A stretch of DNA of 64,000 bases from an uncultured virus (IMG/VR IMGVR_UViG_3300001486_000425). Lineage: Duplodnaviria; Heunggongvirae; Uroviricota; Caudoviricetes. The notes below the pieces were generated by a model that saw only the letters and a program-made list of their open reading frames with translations, was not told the DNA's origin and searched no databases. Below, piece after piece: positions 9,801 through 20,699 of this stretch; within the stretch, counting starts at the first letter, position 1, and every line of letters starts with the position of its first letter. A program made the translations under genes and the position numbers. The stretch lies in the IMG/VR virus record IMGVR_UViG_3300001486_000425. One strand, 5' to 3'.

Positions 9801-12316
9801 TCTCTAATTCTTTGTAATTTTTCAATATCCATACATTAATCTCCTACTATATAACTTATATCATTTAATACACATTCTAAAGTACAACCTGCTAATAATC
9901 CTTGTGTTGTAAATATATTTTCTAACTTTTTAATATTTTCTAATACAAGCTTTTCTTTTAAATCTGAATCTATTTGTTTATTATAACATGCAAAGTTAGT
10001 TATTATAGAATGCTGAATTTCTACTTCTAGATCATTGATTTCCTCAAAATCTCTTTTATTATTTATTGTTGTATATAATTCAGAAATAGGTAAAGTAAAG
10101 ATAGTGTCAATTGATACATCAATATCTGCATGATCATAAAATTCGCCTGCAATTTCAAGTTCTGAATTGATTAACTTTGCTTGAGTATTGTAAAATAATT
10201 TTATTTTATCTCCAGCTATTTTTGCATCCTTAAAATGAAACTTAAATTCTATTTTTACATCAGATAAGTATATAGTTTCATCTATTATTTTAGGAGTTAG
10301 CGTAGTATAATTTACTAACTTAAAACTATCTTTCATTATTTTTCTCCTTTAATATATTTTACCATTTCATCAAATTCTTCTCTAGTTGGATCAATATTAT
10401 ATTGATTATTCCAATCACAAACCCATTCAAGCATTCTAACTAAACAGTCTTTTGCTTCTTGCCTTGGATTATATTGATACATAAGTTTAGCCATAAGTTT
10501 AACATCTTTTAAAGTATTTCGACATTCAGCTAATCTTTCCCAACAATCATAATTTTTCTCTTTGAGCTCTGTTCTCCAGTCATCATTCCAATTATCAGAC
10601 ATAAAATACCTCTTTAATCAAGAATTGCAATACTTTGATAATTCTGCTCAATTGTATATTTAACTGCAATAAAGATTTCATCTAAATCAATAAATTGAGG
10701 ATTATTCATTATATCTTCAATATTATCAAAATGAACTTCTTTATCACAAATAACACCAACTACAGTTGTTCCTCTTATTACTTTAATTTTAGTGCTCATT
10801 CCAGAAATATTAAAATCATGATATACTGAACAAGTTGAATATATATTTGAATCAACCATTAAATGTTTTTGAGTTCTATTACCTTTTGCAGTATCTAAAT
10901 AAATACTAGATCTACGTCTTTCATAATGATCTTTATCTAAAAGATTATATATCTTACTAATAAACAAATCTCTTTCTTCAATATATTCTTTAACTCTTTT
11001 AGCAAATTCAGAAATAATTGCTACTTTTTCTTTAAGAAGCTTTAATCCTTCTTTATCTAAATTCTCTAATTCAAATACAGAATTCATACTTTCATCATAA
11101 TTTAATTTAATTGCCCAAACATTATGATGTTCACCAATTTTTATTTCTGGTTTATACTCAGCAAACTCTTTTTCAAAATCAACTTTATCTTCACAAAAAG
11201 GATCAATCAAAGCTGCGTATCTAGGAACTAAATATTTATTAAATAACTTTAAAGTTACAGTTCCAAATTCTTTCAACCAATCATAAAAATAATCTAATTC
11301 AAGATACCTTGCAATTGTTATACACGCAATTATTTGATCTTCGTCTGTCATTGAATCAAATTTAATCTTTTTATTTTTCTTTTGCGTATTAATGCATTTA
11401 GTAACTAATTCTTGATTTATAAACTTTTCAGCATGAATATTCTCATCTACATATTGATACATTAATATATCATTATCTGAAAATGTATTATAATAATCTT
11501 GAAAAGCTTTCATTTTCTCATTTAACATTTATATATTCTCCTTATTTTTGAGTATTTGCTATAATTTGGTCAATTACATGTTTACATTCTTCTTCAACTT
11601 CATCAGTTGTAACACATGTATTAATTTTTCTAGTCATTAATCTATCGTCTAATTCATTTAAACGTTCTTCAACAAATGCAGCACCATTATATTTTTTAAG
11701 TAATTCCCAATCATATCCATCTGCGTAATGATTATAATCAAAACCTAAATACCAAATATTTTTTTCAGCAATATCTAATTCTGGTAAAAAGTCACTGAAA
11801 GTTAATCCTTTATGACAATCAATATAAGGTATTTCATCATAAAAACGGCCATAATATGGATGACCTTTTGGTATACCAATATATCCAGACCTCCAACCGC
11901 CTTTCTTCATAAATACTACATAATATTCATAATCTCGATATACACCATAACGTTCAACCATAAAAATCTCCTTCATCTTCTTCGTTATCATTTAATCCTG
12001 GAAGTGTATAAAGATTATTAACACCTACTGCCATTATATCACTTTTTTCAGATAAGTACACCTTTCCTATCTTTAATCTTTTCTTATCAAAATCAATTTT
12101 ATTTATTGTACTATGAATTAAACCATCTTTATAAATAAAAATTGCATTCATATCTTTTTGTAAAACTATTTCATTTTTTACTATTGCAAAGGTATTATTG
12201 TCAGTAACTAAATATGTATAATATACTGAACATTTATTATTTTCTTTATCAAAATGTAATTGTAAAGGTTCATCATCTTCTATAAAATCTTCATAACCAA
12301 ACTTCAAGATAATCAT
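6838..12316 (-). other. Run of 13 small, mostly acidic hypothetical CDSs (6838-7212, 7172-7390, 7402-7797, 7818-8207, 8240-8542, 8555-8896, 8906-9145, 9149-9832, 9836-10336, 10336-10602, 10614-11528, 11542-11991, 11954-12316)
   Basis: Tightly tiled ORFs, most preceded by AGGAG/GAGG; 8906-9145 has CxxC..CxxC; 11542-11991 has a GYIGIP..HP..GLTF..WYLGFD motif common in phage proteins. Confidence 0.8.
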
Positions 12317-12340
12317 TTACTGACACCTCCTTATTTATTA

Positions 12341-12399
12341 AAAATAATACCTTAGCATTTTTGCTAAGGTATTGTTCACACTCCATTATAATTAAATAG
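12341..12399 (-). promoter_or_regulatory. Promoter-short leader-terminator unit
   Basis: CTATTTAAT-TATAAT, GGAGTGTGAAC, hairpin AATACCTTAGCA/TGCTAAGGTATT, T tract. Confidence 0.65.
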
Positions 12400-12403
12400 A
12401 CTT

Positions 12404-13549
12404 TTATATTTGCTTTTTTGGATGTATTGTATTCCAGACATATTTAAAGAATATATCTTTATTTAACATAATTTGATCATATACATCAACTTTAATTTCT
12501 TTTGGATCTCTTTTTGATGGTGGCCAATCAGAAATAATTACTTCCCATTCACATTTAGACCAATAATAATACATTAAAGTAGTATTAAATTTTTTACAAA
12601 ATTCATCATAATCTTTAATTTTTTTATCAAGCTTTTTTAGATCTTCCATTACACCATAATGATTAAAAATATTAAATTTTTTAATACTATTACCGTTAAG
12701 ATCTTCACAATATACATACCATTCTAATTTATCAAATTTAGACATATAAATTACCTCCTATTTATTTATAATACATTTTTATTATAATGTAAATAAATAA
12801 AAATTATCAACTGCATTCAATACATCTTTTGGATATTTTATACTATGTATAACTTCATCATAATCATAAGAATTAACTATTATATTAAGTCCATTTTCAT
12901 ATGTTAATAATACATAAGGTCCTTTAAATGTCATAGCAACATTTGGTTTATACATAGTTACTGTATTTGCTATTTTTGGATTTTTGTCTATTAAATCGAA
13001 AAATTGAGAAACAAATTTTATTTCATCATATTTATTAGACATAATAATCTCCTTAAAATTTTATTTTTATTGTTTAATTTCCATACTAACCCTCCATTTA
13101 CATAGAGACTAGTATCTTTATCGGTGTAGACTTGCCTGCGCCTGAATAACCTAAATTTTGTATTTTTTTACGTGCTTTTGAATTTGATCTCTAATAGACG
13201 AATTCTTATAATCGCTACTATTTTGATCATACCAAATGTAATCAAGTATTTTGTTTGAAATGTATAAATTATCATCAATCTTTGTATATACATCTCTTCC
13301 GCCAAAATTTAATATATCTTCGTCAAAACCATCAACTGTTAATAATATTCTTACACCAAAAGCACAAAGAGTATTTGCAAAACAATTATCATCTTTTTCA
13401 TTAAAATAACCTGAATTCGCTACTACCGGAGCAAATTCAGAATTTGATTGATTACTTTGAAGCCAAAATGCATCACCACTAAAAGGTATTACGTCTTTAT
13501 ACTTCATATATTGTTCAATTGTAAGTAATTCAGCTGAAATTATTTGCAT
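12404..13549 (-). other. Hypothetical CDSs 12404-12745 (YYWSKCEWE phage-type motif), 12782-13042, 13151-13549 (DUF6273-like)
   Basis: ORFs with RBS; LLTIEQY...FWLQS...GVR pattern in the last. Confidence 0.7.
13106..13172 (-). pseudogene. Remnant of a P-loop NTPase/kinase N-terminus
   Basis: A frame without a start codon reads RKKIQNLGYSGAGKSTPIKILVSM*. Confidence 0.45.
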
Positions 13550-13597
13550 AATATTATTCTCCTTTATATATTAAATAAATAATAATTAATTATCTCC

Positions 13598-14146
13598 TTA
13601 TGTATAATTAACTAAATGCTCATCTAACTTCTTTTGATCCACAATAAATGCATATTTTGCTATGCATACTGCGTCAGCTGTATCATTATCTTTTATTATT
13701 TCAGTACCTTTCTTTTTATGTTCTACTATAATATCTAAATCTACATTTGGATAATAAGTTTCAACATAATTAACTGCGTCATCTTTAGTAGCAGATCTTG
13801 AACCTAATACTTTAGATTTCCAAGATTGTACATGTACTTCACTTATAGAAATTTTATTTGAAAATTCATTTATAAGAGTTGCTTGTAAGAATGCCATACT
13901 TGTTATATTTGCCATTCTAGATAATCCTCTACTAAAGAATATTTGTTCAAATAAAAGATAATCTTTTTTATTTAACTTATACTTTTTAATATATTCTTTT
14001 ATCTGCTTTACTATCTTTTGTCTATGCTCCCAAGTATTTTTAGAATCAGAATAATTTAATCTACTCCATTCTAATAATTTACTATCTTGCATAACACAAA
14101 TACTATTCCTAGATTTGTTACCAAGATCTACTCCTATTACAATCAT
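13598..14146 (-). CDS. RuvC-like Holliday junction resolvase
   Basis: IVIGVDLG, LFEQ, WKSKVLG..ATKDD, DTADAVCIA. Confidence 0.85.
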   Translation of the reverse strand: MIVIGVDLGNKSRNSICVMQDSKLLEWSRLNYSDSKNTWEHRQKIVKQIKEYIKKYKLNKKDYLLFEQIFFSRGLSRMANITSMAFLQATLINEFSNKISISEVHVQSWKSKVLGSRSATKDDAVNYVETYYPNVDLDIIVEHKKKGTEIIKDNDTADAVCIAKYAFIVDQKKLDEHLVNYT

Positions 14147-14196
14147 ATTACATAATTTCCTTTCAATATTATTTATATTAAATAAATAATTCTTTA

Positions 14197-17030
14197 TTAT
14201 TTTCCTTTTGCAAGCTTCTTTGCTTCATTTTGAATATCCTCAATATATCTATCTTGTAATTTCTTTTGTACTTCGCATAATTCTTCTAATCTAAGTGCAT
14301 TATCAAAATTACAATCTACACAAACATGTCTTCCACTTCTACCAAGTAAATATATTTCAGAATTTGTCTTTTCGGTAAATGCAAGACAAGCGTCATCTAA
14401 ATATACTTGTTGACTAATTTCTAATTGAACATAATCTTCATCAGTTAATTTTAAATGTCCAACTCCAAAATCAATTCGATCATCCGCTAATTCAATATAT
14501 TCATAACCTTCAGATTTATAAAGAGTTAAACTTTGAATAAGATCATAAAATTCAGCAATAACTTCATCTAATTCGTTTAAATCGTCAAATTCAGATTCAA
14601 ATTCATCAACCATATATTCATGATATTTATCACTATTTTTAAGATCTAATGCACTTCTAAACATTTCTTCACCAAAATTAAAATCTAATTGTTCAAGATG
14701 CTTATACATATTATTCTCCTATTTTTTTAAATAAATAATCTAGAGGCTTCTTATGAAATTCCCAAATTGTAACACCAGTATAATCATTTGTATCAAACAT
14801 ATCAGTAGAAATTATTTCACCTTGATCATTTGGGTATCTTGTTAAACTAATAAAGAGTCTACCTGCATTATTACAAATAAATAATTCAGTATTATAATAC
14901 TCTATTTCATCTAAACTTTCACCATCGTCTTCAGACGTTATAACTTCTACAGGCACTTTAATTATAAAATCATCACCAAATTCTTTATCTACTATATAGT
15001 CACCAGTAAATTTAATAGTAACTATAGTGTCCCATATATCACCATAAAAAGAATATTCTAATACTTCTTTATAATTATTATTTAAATAATCACAAATTTT
15101 TTTAATATTCATTTATTTACTCCTTAATTGTCTTGATAATTATGAATTGTATCATATAAAACAGCAATTAATGCATAATATCTAACATCTTTTTCTGGAA
15201 GTCCAATTATAATAGAATCAACTAATCCACCAATTATACCTAAAAATGTAGTATTTCTATTAGCTTTACCCTCAAAATCATCAAAAACAACATCTACTAC
15301 ATTACCACTTAATCTATTATAATAATCACGAAATTCAGGATGAATATTTGCACAAATATCGGTTTTCTCTCCACTCCAATTTTGAACTTCTTCTATAATT
15401 TCCTCTCTAGTCATAATTTACTCCTTATCTAAAAGAATAACCTAATATAATATTTTGGTCATCGCTTGAAAGTTTTACAAATGCTTTAATTAAAATAATT
15501 GTATCTCTTTCATTATACCCTTGCCAAATTGAAATGTGTCTTACACCATTTTCATCAGGTTCTTTACTTATTTGCTCATTCTTTTCATCTATGGCTTTGC
15601 AAAGTTTATCAATTTCTTCATCTGTTAAATCAAGATATTTTGTATAACCTTCTTTTTTAATTCTATTTTGAATTATAGGTACCATAAAAAACTCAAAATC
15701 ATGATTGTATCTTCTATAAATATCAACAGTTTCTGCATTTGTATTTATCCAATTATTAAAAGCTCTTTGTTCAGCATCAAATCTATTAGACATATTATTT
15801 CTCCTTAATTACCACCATTCATAATAAACTACAATTTCGTCTTTCCAATTTGTTTCAGATAATACTCTTTCACATTGTTCTATTGTATTATCAATATCCA
15901 TTAAATAATAATAATCATAATCTGTGGAACCAAAGAAAAATCCAGATTGAGTAGGTAATATTTTTTTAGCTTTCTTTCCTACATAATTTGAAATTTGATC
16001 TTCATCTTCACCAAATAAATTTTCAGCTTCTTTATAAATTTCACGAATTGCTTTACAATCTGCAACTAATTTTTCTAAATCTGATTTTTTAAGCTTAAAA
16101 TCTATACAATTTCCATTTTCTGGATAACCACAATTTGTAACAAACCATTGTCTTATTTGATTTGCTTTTCTCCAATACGCAACTTCATAAAATGGTTTTT
16201 CTACATTCTTTTTCTCTTCATCAGTTAATTGTTCAAATTTTTTTAATCTTTTTTTATCCGCTCTATATAAATACATATCAAGTCCCATAATTAGTCTCCT
16301 TTTAATAACCATTCACCAAAATATTTCATTAAACTTTCTAATGCTTGTGAGTCTTGGCATCCAAAATCTCCAATAAAAAATCCAACATCATAATATATTT
16401 TAATAAAATAAATTGTGTCATTTAATCTTAATTCTTTAGTTTCAGGATTATAATCTACATATGTTACTGTTTTAGGAAGTATTTTATCAAAATATACAGT
16501 CAAAGGATCAGTACAAACTTCCTCATCCTTACAATAAACATCACATCCATTTATTGCAATCATTCTTGGAGTTACAATTAACTTATTATCTTCTACTCTA
16601 TAATCACAATTTACCCATTCAATTTTGTTATACTTATAATTTAATCTTCTTCTAGCCTCATTTATTAAGTCCCAAGTTGTCATTTTCATAATTTTTATTC
16701 TCCTTTTTATTTTTTTGTAATAAAAATGACTTAGTTTATTAAACTAAGCCATTGTGCAGATTCCACTCTATTATTTATTAAATAGCCTCTTAAATAATAA
16801 AAAATATTTTATTATACTATTTCTCTAGGATTAAAGAGGTCTTGTAATTGAGTTTTAATTGATTCAACATTATCTTTTTCTGTTAAAGTAAAACCAATAG
16901 TTACTCCATTAATAATCATGACTAATTGATTAGGATCAAATCTGTAATAATCAATAGAATCAAGTTTAATTACAGCATCTTGTATTGTAATATAACCACC
17001 TGAATAATTAAAATCGTATTCTTTTACCAT
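14197..17030 (-). other. Hypothetical CDSs 14197-14709, 14711-15112, 15124-15414, 15425-15793, 15809-16288, 16291-16689, 16812-17030
   Basis: Tiled ORFs with RBS; 15809 ORF has the MGLDMY...YWRKANQI...GFFFGSTDYD phage-type motif. Confidence 0.8.
16722..16785 (-). promoter_or_regulatory. Promoter-short leader-terminator unit
   Basis: CTATTTAAT-AAATAAT, AGAGTGGAATCTGCACA, hairpin ATGGCTTAGTTT/AAACTAAGTCAT, T tract. Confidence 0.6.
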
Positions 17031-17057
17031 ACTTATCCTCCATTATGTTATTTTTTC

Positions 17058-17522
17058 TTATACATATAAAGATGATACATGGAAGAAATGCATAGTATCT
17101 TCAGTTAATGCATTCTCAAATATTTGAATATAAGGTAATGTATCATCGATATAAATAAATCCACCATATTTATCATAAATATCTTGTAAATATTTAATTT
17201 TTTCTTCAACAGAATTAGCTCTCAATAGAGGAATTCCATTATAATATTTATTTAATTGTTTAATTTTTGTTTTTTCTTCAATATCCGTATGAATATGTGA
17301 TAATACAAATTTTGGATTAGATAAATCTTTTAATAGATTTATCATAAAACCAATTGGAGTAGTAATTAACCATAAACCTTGTTCATGCTTTATTCTGATT
17401 TCTTCATCATTATTACAAGCACCAACTCTTATATATTCAAATCGTGCTTCAAATAAAACACCATCATAGTCACAAACAACTGGCCACCCTTCAGCTATAC
17501 ATTTCTTTAAAAAATAATTCAT
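17058..17522 (-). CDS. HAD-superfamily phosphatase-like protein
   Basis: VVCDYDGVL (motif I) and YIDDT (motif IV). Confidence 0.65.
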   Translation of the reverse strand: MNYFLKKCIAEGWPVVCDYDGVLFEARFEYIRVGACNNDEEIRIKHEQGLWLITTPIGFMINLLKDLSNPKFVLSHIHTDIEEKTKIKQLNKYYNGIPLLRANSVEEKIKYLQDIYDKYGGFIYIDDTLPYIQIFENALTEDTMHFFHVSSLYV

Positions 17523-17728
17523 TATTACCCCTTTTTTAATGCATCCGCTTCAATATTTATACAAATAGATTTTTTACTAATATCCATATTAACATCTTTT
17601 ATTATACCTGTAGTTCCAGTATTACAAATATTAATAATTACATCGTCATTTGTATTTTTTAAAGCTTCTTTTAATTCTTTTACAGTACAATTTCCAAGAT
17701 TAATTGTTTTCTTCATATATATTACCTC

Positions 17729-18442
17729 TTAAAGATCAATTGAAGTATCTTTATAATCAATAATCATATCTAACAAATCTGCAGATATTTCATGACAAAT
17801 ACTAGATTCTGATGTAGATGCACAAATTAAAACTGCTTCACTAAACTGTTCCATATATCCTACACCAGTTACAAGTAATATATATTTAAGTATTCCAAGA
17901 TATGCTTTATACTTAGGTAATATTTTTGTTGTTAATCCTGGAATTCTAGTAGGTCCAGGCTGACCATAACAAATATTATCAAAATATAATCTATTGATTT
18001 CAAAGATCATATCTTTTAAATACATTTTAAATCCGACTAATTGTATTTCTGGAGTTATTATTGCAGGATCTAAATCATCTATTTCTTCATCAGATTGTCC
18101 ATTTTCATCTACAATATGTAACATACCTTGTTGTTCATAATTAAACTTTGGATCATAGAAAAGCTTAACATGTAAAAGAAAATGTTCTACCATATCACAG
18201 TAGACTAAATTTTCTTTCTTATGCATTTCATAATCATACCAATTTATAGGAACGCCACCAAGCTTTTCCTTAACATGATGAATAGTTAATCCTTCTTTTG
18301 ATCTATCAATATTTAGATTAAACTTTTCACATTCTCTATTAGTTACAAAATTCTCAGGTACAGGACCATACTTTTTCAACAAATGTTCAACATATTCTTC
18401 ATATGTCATATCAATAATATCTTTTAAAGTCAACATAGTCAT
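17729..18442 (-). CDS. HNH-like nuclease-fold protein (paralog of 51055-51963)
   Basis: GLTIHHVKE...NLVYCDMVEHFLLH. Confidence 0.55.
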   Translation of the reverse strand: MTMLTLKDIIDMTYEEYVEHLLKKYGPVPENFVTNRECEKFNLNIDRSKEGLTIHHVKEKLGGVPINWYDYEMHKKENLVYCDMVEHFLLHVKLFYDPKFNYEQQGMLHIVDENGQSDEEIDDLDPAIITPEIQLVGFKMYLKDMIFEINRLYFDNICYGQPGPTRIPGLTTKILPKYKAYLGILKYILLVTGVGYMEQFSEAVLICASTSESSICHEISADLLDMIIDYKDTSIDL

Positions 18443-18943
18443 TATTCCTTTTTACCATAGTTCTGTACATCAAAATTTGTATTTAAAAAATTTTCAGGAG
18501 CATTTAAATATTCATCAATAGAAATTTCTTCAATAGGCTTGATTAACTTATAATAAGTGTCAAAAAGCATTCTATTCTGTTCATCTGTAAGTTTTCTAAC
18601 ATCGCTTCTCATATAATACCTCCTATATAATAATTATATCATCAATTGTTATTTTATTTTCATCATTTTTATTTACAAAATCAACCATTTTATTTAATAC
18701 TATATCTTTATTTAATGAGTAATAAACATATATTCTATCTTCATTTGTCTTTCCTATATGTAACATTAAGTTACAATAATGTCTTGAAATTTTGCTTAAT
18801 GTAGTTGAATAATTTACATATACTGCTTTTGAAGTTTTATACTCAGCTTCTTTTGTTTCTTCGGCTTCTATTGTATAAAGTTTATATTGTTTATTATTTA
18901 AATCAACAACTCCTGCATATAGATTCATAATAGTTCTCCTTAT

Positions 18944-19528
18944 TTAGAATGTTTTAAATTGCTTATAATTTAGTACATTTCCTTCTTTATCAAATTCAAA
19001 CCATGAAAATTGATAGACACAAAAACAATTTGTATCATATAATTTAAATGTATTTGGTTTATGTAAATGACCAAATATAAATGTTTTTGGTTTAATCTTT
19101 TTAATATACTTAGTTATACCTTTAAGACCGCAATGAGCTTCATCTTTTTCATTATTAAAAGGTCCATCATGAGAAAATAAAATATCAGCTTTAGGCATTT
19201 TTCTATATTCATTTAAAGATTGATCTTGAGTATAACCATAATATTGCGATTCTTTATATTTATGAGAACCTTGCCATCCTGTAAAAGATGGATTTACATT
19301 ACATAATGTTGCATGAAAATTATGTGTTGATGTTGAATAAGGCATATCATGATTGCCTGCAATTCTAAATACTACTTTTCTATTTGCAATTAATTGTGCG
19401 CATCTAATATCTGTAGTGCTATGGTCACCTAATAAAATAACCATATCAAATTTAGGAATTTGATCTTTAATTTGCTCATAGATAGAATTTAAAATTCCAT
19501 GAGTATCTGCAATAACTAATGCTTTCAT
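18944..19528 (-). CDS. Calcineurin-like metallophosphoesterase
   Basis: DTHG, LGD, GNHD, SH, FGHLH motifs. Confidence 0.9.
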   Translation of the reverse strand: MKALVIADTHGILNSIYEQIKDQIPKFDMVILLGDHSTTDIRCAQLIANRKVVFRIAGNHDMPYSTSTHNFHATLCNVNPSFTGWQGSHKYKESQYYGYTQDQSLNEYRKMPKADILFSHDGPFNNEKDEAHCGLKGITKYIKKIKPKTFIFGHLHKPNTFKLYDTNCFCVYQFSWFEFDKEGNVLNYKQFKTF

Positions 19529-20076
19529 GATTCAGATTCCTTTATAAGTTTTTCTATTGTTTCAAGTATTTCTTCAAATGAATAACATCTAAAAATATTC
19601 TTTCCTTTTAATTTTTGATTCCAAGGTTTATCAAGCATAATATAATATTCAGATTCAGCATGCAAAATATTATCAGGATTATCATCAATAAATATAAATG
19701 CTCCCTTAATATTCTTTTTTCTACAAGAGCTATTCAATATAATCTGTTTATTAGGTAAATTAAGGTCCTTACTTAAAATACTTCTTTTATATGCTCGAAC
19801 ATCTTGATTCATACTATTAGAATTAATAAAAACTTTTACATCTTTATGTTTTTCTAACTTATAAATTTTTTTAGCGCCTTTATAATACTTTATATTTTTC
19901 CAAAGACCTGGGTCACTATAAATACTACATAGCTTTTCTCTCTCAGCTTTAGTTAAATCTTTATTCAAGCTAAGATTAAAATATACTAATTTATTAATGT
20001 CAACATTTGCAAGAGCGCATGCTTTTGCATTAAGTGGCCACATAGTATCGTCTAAATCAAAAATTATCTTTTTCAT
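19525..20076 (-). CDS. 5'(3')-deoxyribonucleotidase (NT5C-like HAD)
   Basis: IIFDLDDTM, IFIDDNPDN, DKPWNQ. Confidence 0.8.
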   Translation of the reverse strand: MKKIIFDLDDTMWPLNAKACALANVDINKLVYFNLSLNKDLTKAEREKLCSIYSDPGLWKNIKYYKGAKKIYKLEKHKDVKVFINSNSMNQDVRAYKRSILSKDLNLPNKQIILNSSCRKKNIKGAFIFIDDNPDNILHAESEYYIMLDKPWNQKLKGKNIFRCYSFEEILETIEKLIKESES

Positions 20077-20696
20077 ATAGGTTGTCTCATATAAAAATTA
20101 AATTCTTCAATATTCAAAAGTGCTACATCTACATCTGAATATTGTATTACTAACTTATTTATTATATCATTAAGTTCGTCATTTGTAAAATGCTTTGTCA
20201 TCATTTCAAATATTTCTTGGATATAAATAGAGTCTTTAAATTCACCAAAATGAATTTTATATAAACATGACTTATAAATATCTAAAAATATATTTGCGCA
20301 ATTATCATTTTTTATAATAAATATAAAAAATAATCCAGTAATTTCACTCTTATTAGTTAAAGTAACTAATTTTTCTTTAATTGCGTCCATCATTATAGTA
20401 TTAGTAAGATCTAATGATTCAAGATCTTCTATTACTATAAATTTAGGTTCAAATAATTGAGTATAGTCTTTATAACCTTTATCAACTATTTCATTTTCTC
20501 GTCTAATTGCTTCTTTTTCAAGTTCCTTTAAGTTATCAAATAAAACTGTTTGTTCTGTATATAACTTCTTTGAAGGTATTTTAAAATATTTAATTACTAA
20601 ATCTAATGAATTATCAACATTTGTTCCAGCAATAAATATATTACCTTTCTTCTTTTTCTCTTTCTTTCCTAATATTTTATCTATTATACTAGCCAT
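20073..20696 (-). CDS. Degenerate FtsK-core-like protein
   Basis: NIFIAGT (Walker A GKS lost), LEKEAIRR, PKFIVIEDL (Walker B-like). Confidence 0.45.
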   Translation of the reverse strand: MASIIDKILGKKEKKKKGNIFIAGTNVDNSLDLVIKYFKIPSKKLYTEQTVLFDNLKELEKEAIRRENEIVDKGYKDYTQLFEPKFIVIEDLESLDLTNTIMMDAIKEKLVTLTNKSEITGLFFIFIIKNDNCANIFLDIYKSCLYKIHFGEFKDSIYIQEIFEMMTKHFTNDELNDIINKLVIQYSDVDVALLNIEEFNFYMRQPI

Positions 20697-20699
20697 ACA

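Noticed and set aside
19501..19509. 9-nt match (GAGTATCTG) to the partial spacer 21-1
   Set aside because: Short, preceded by CAT, and likely chance
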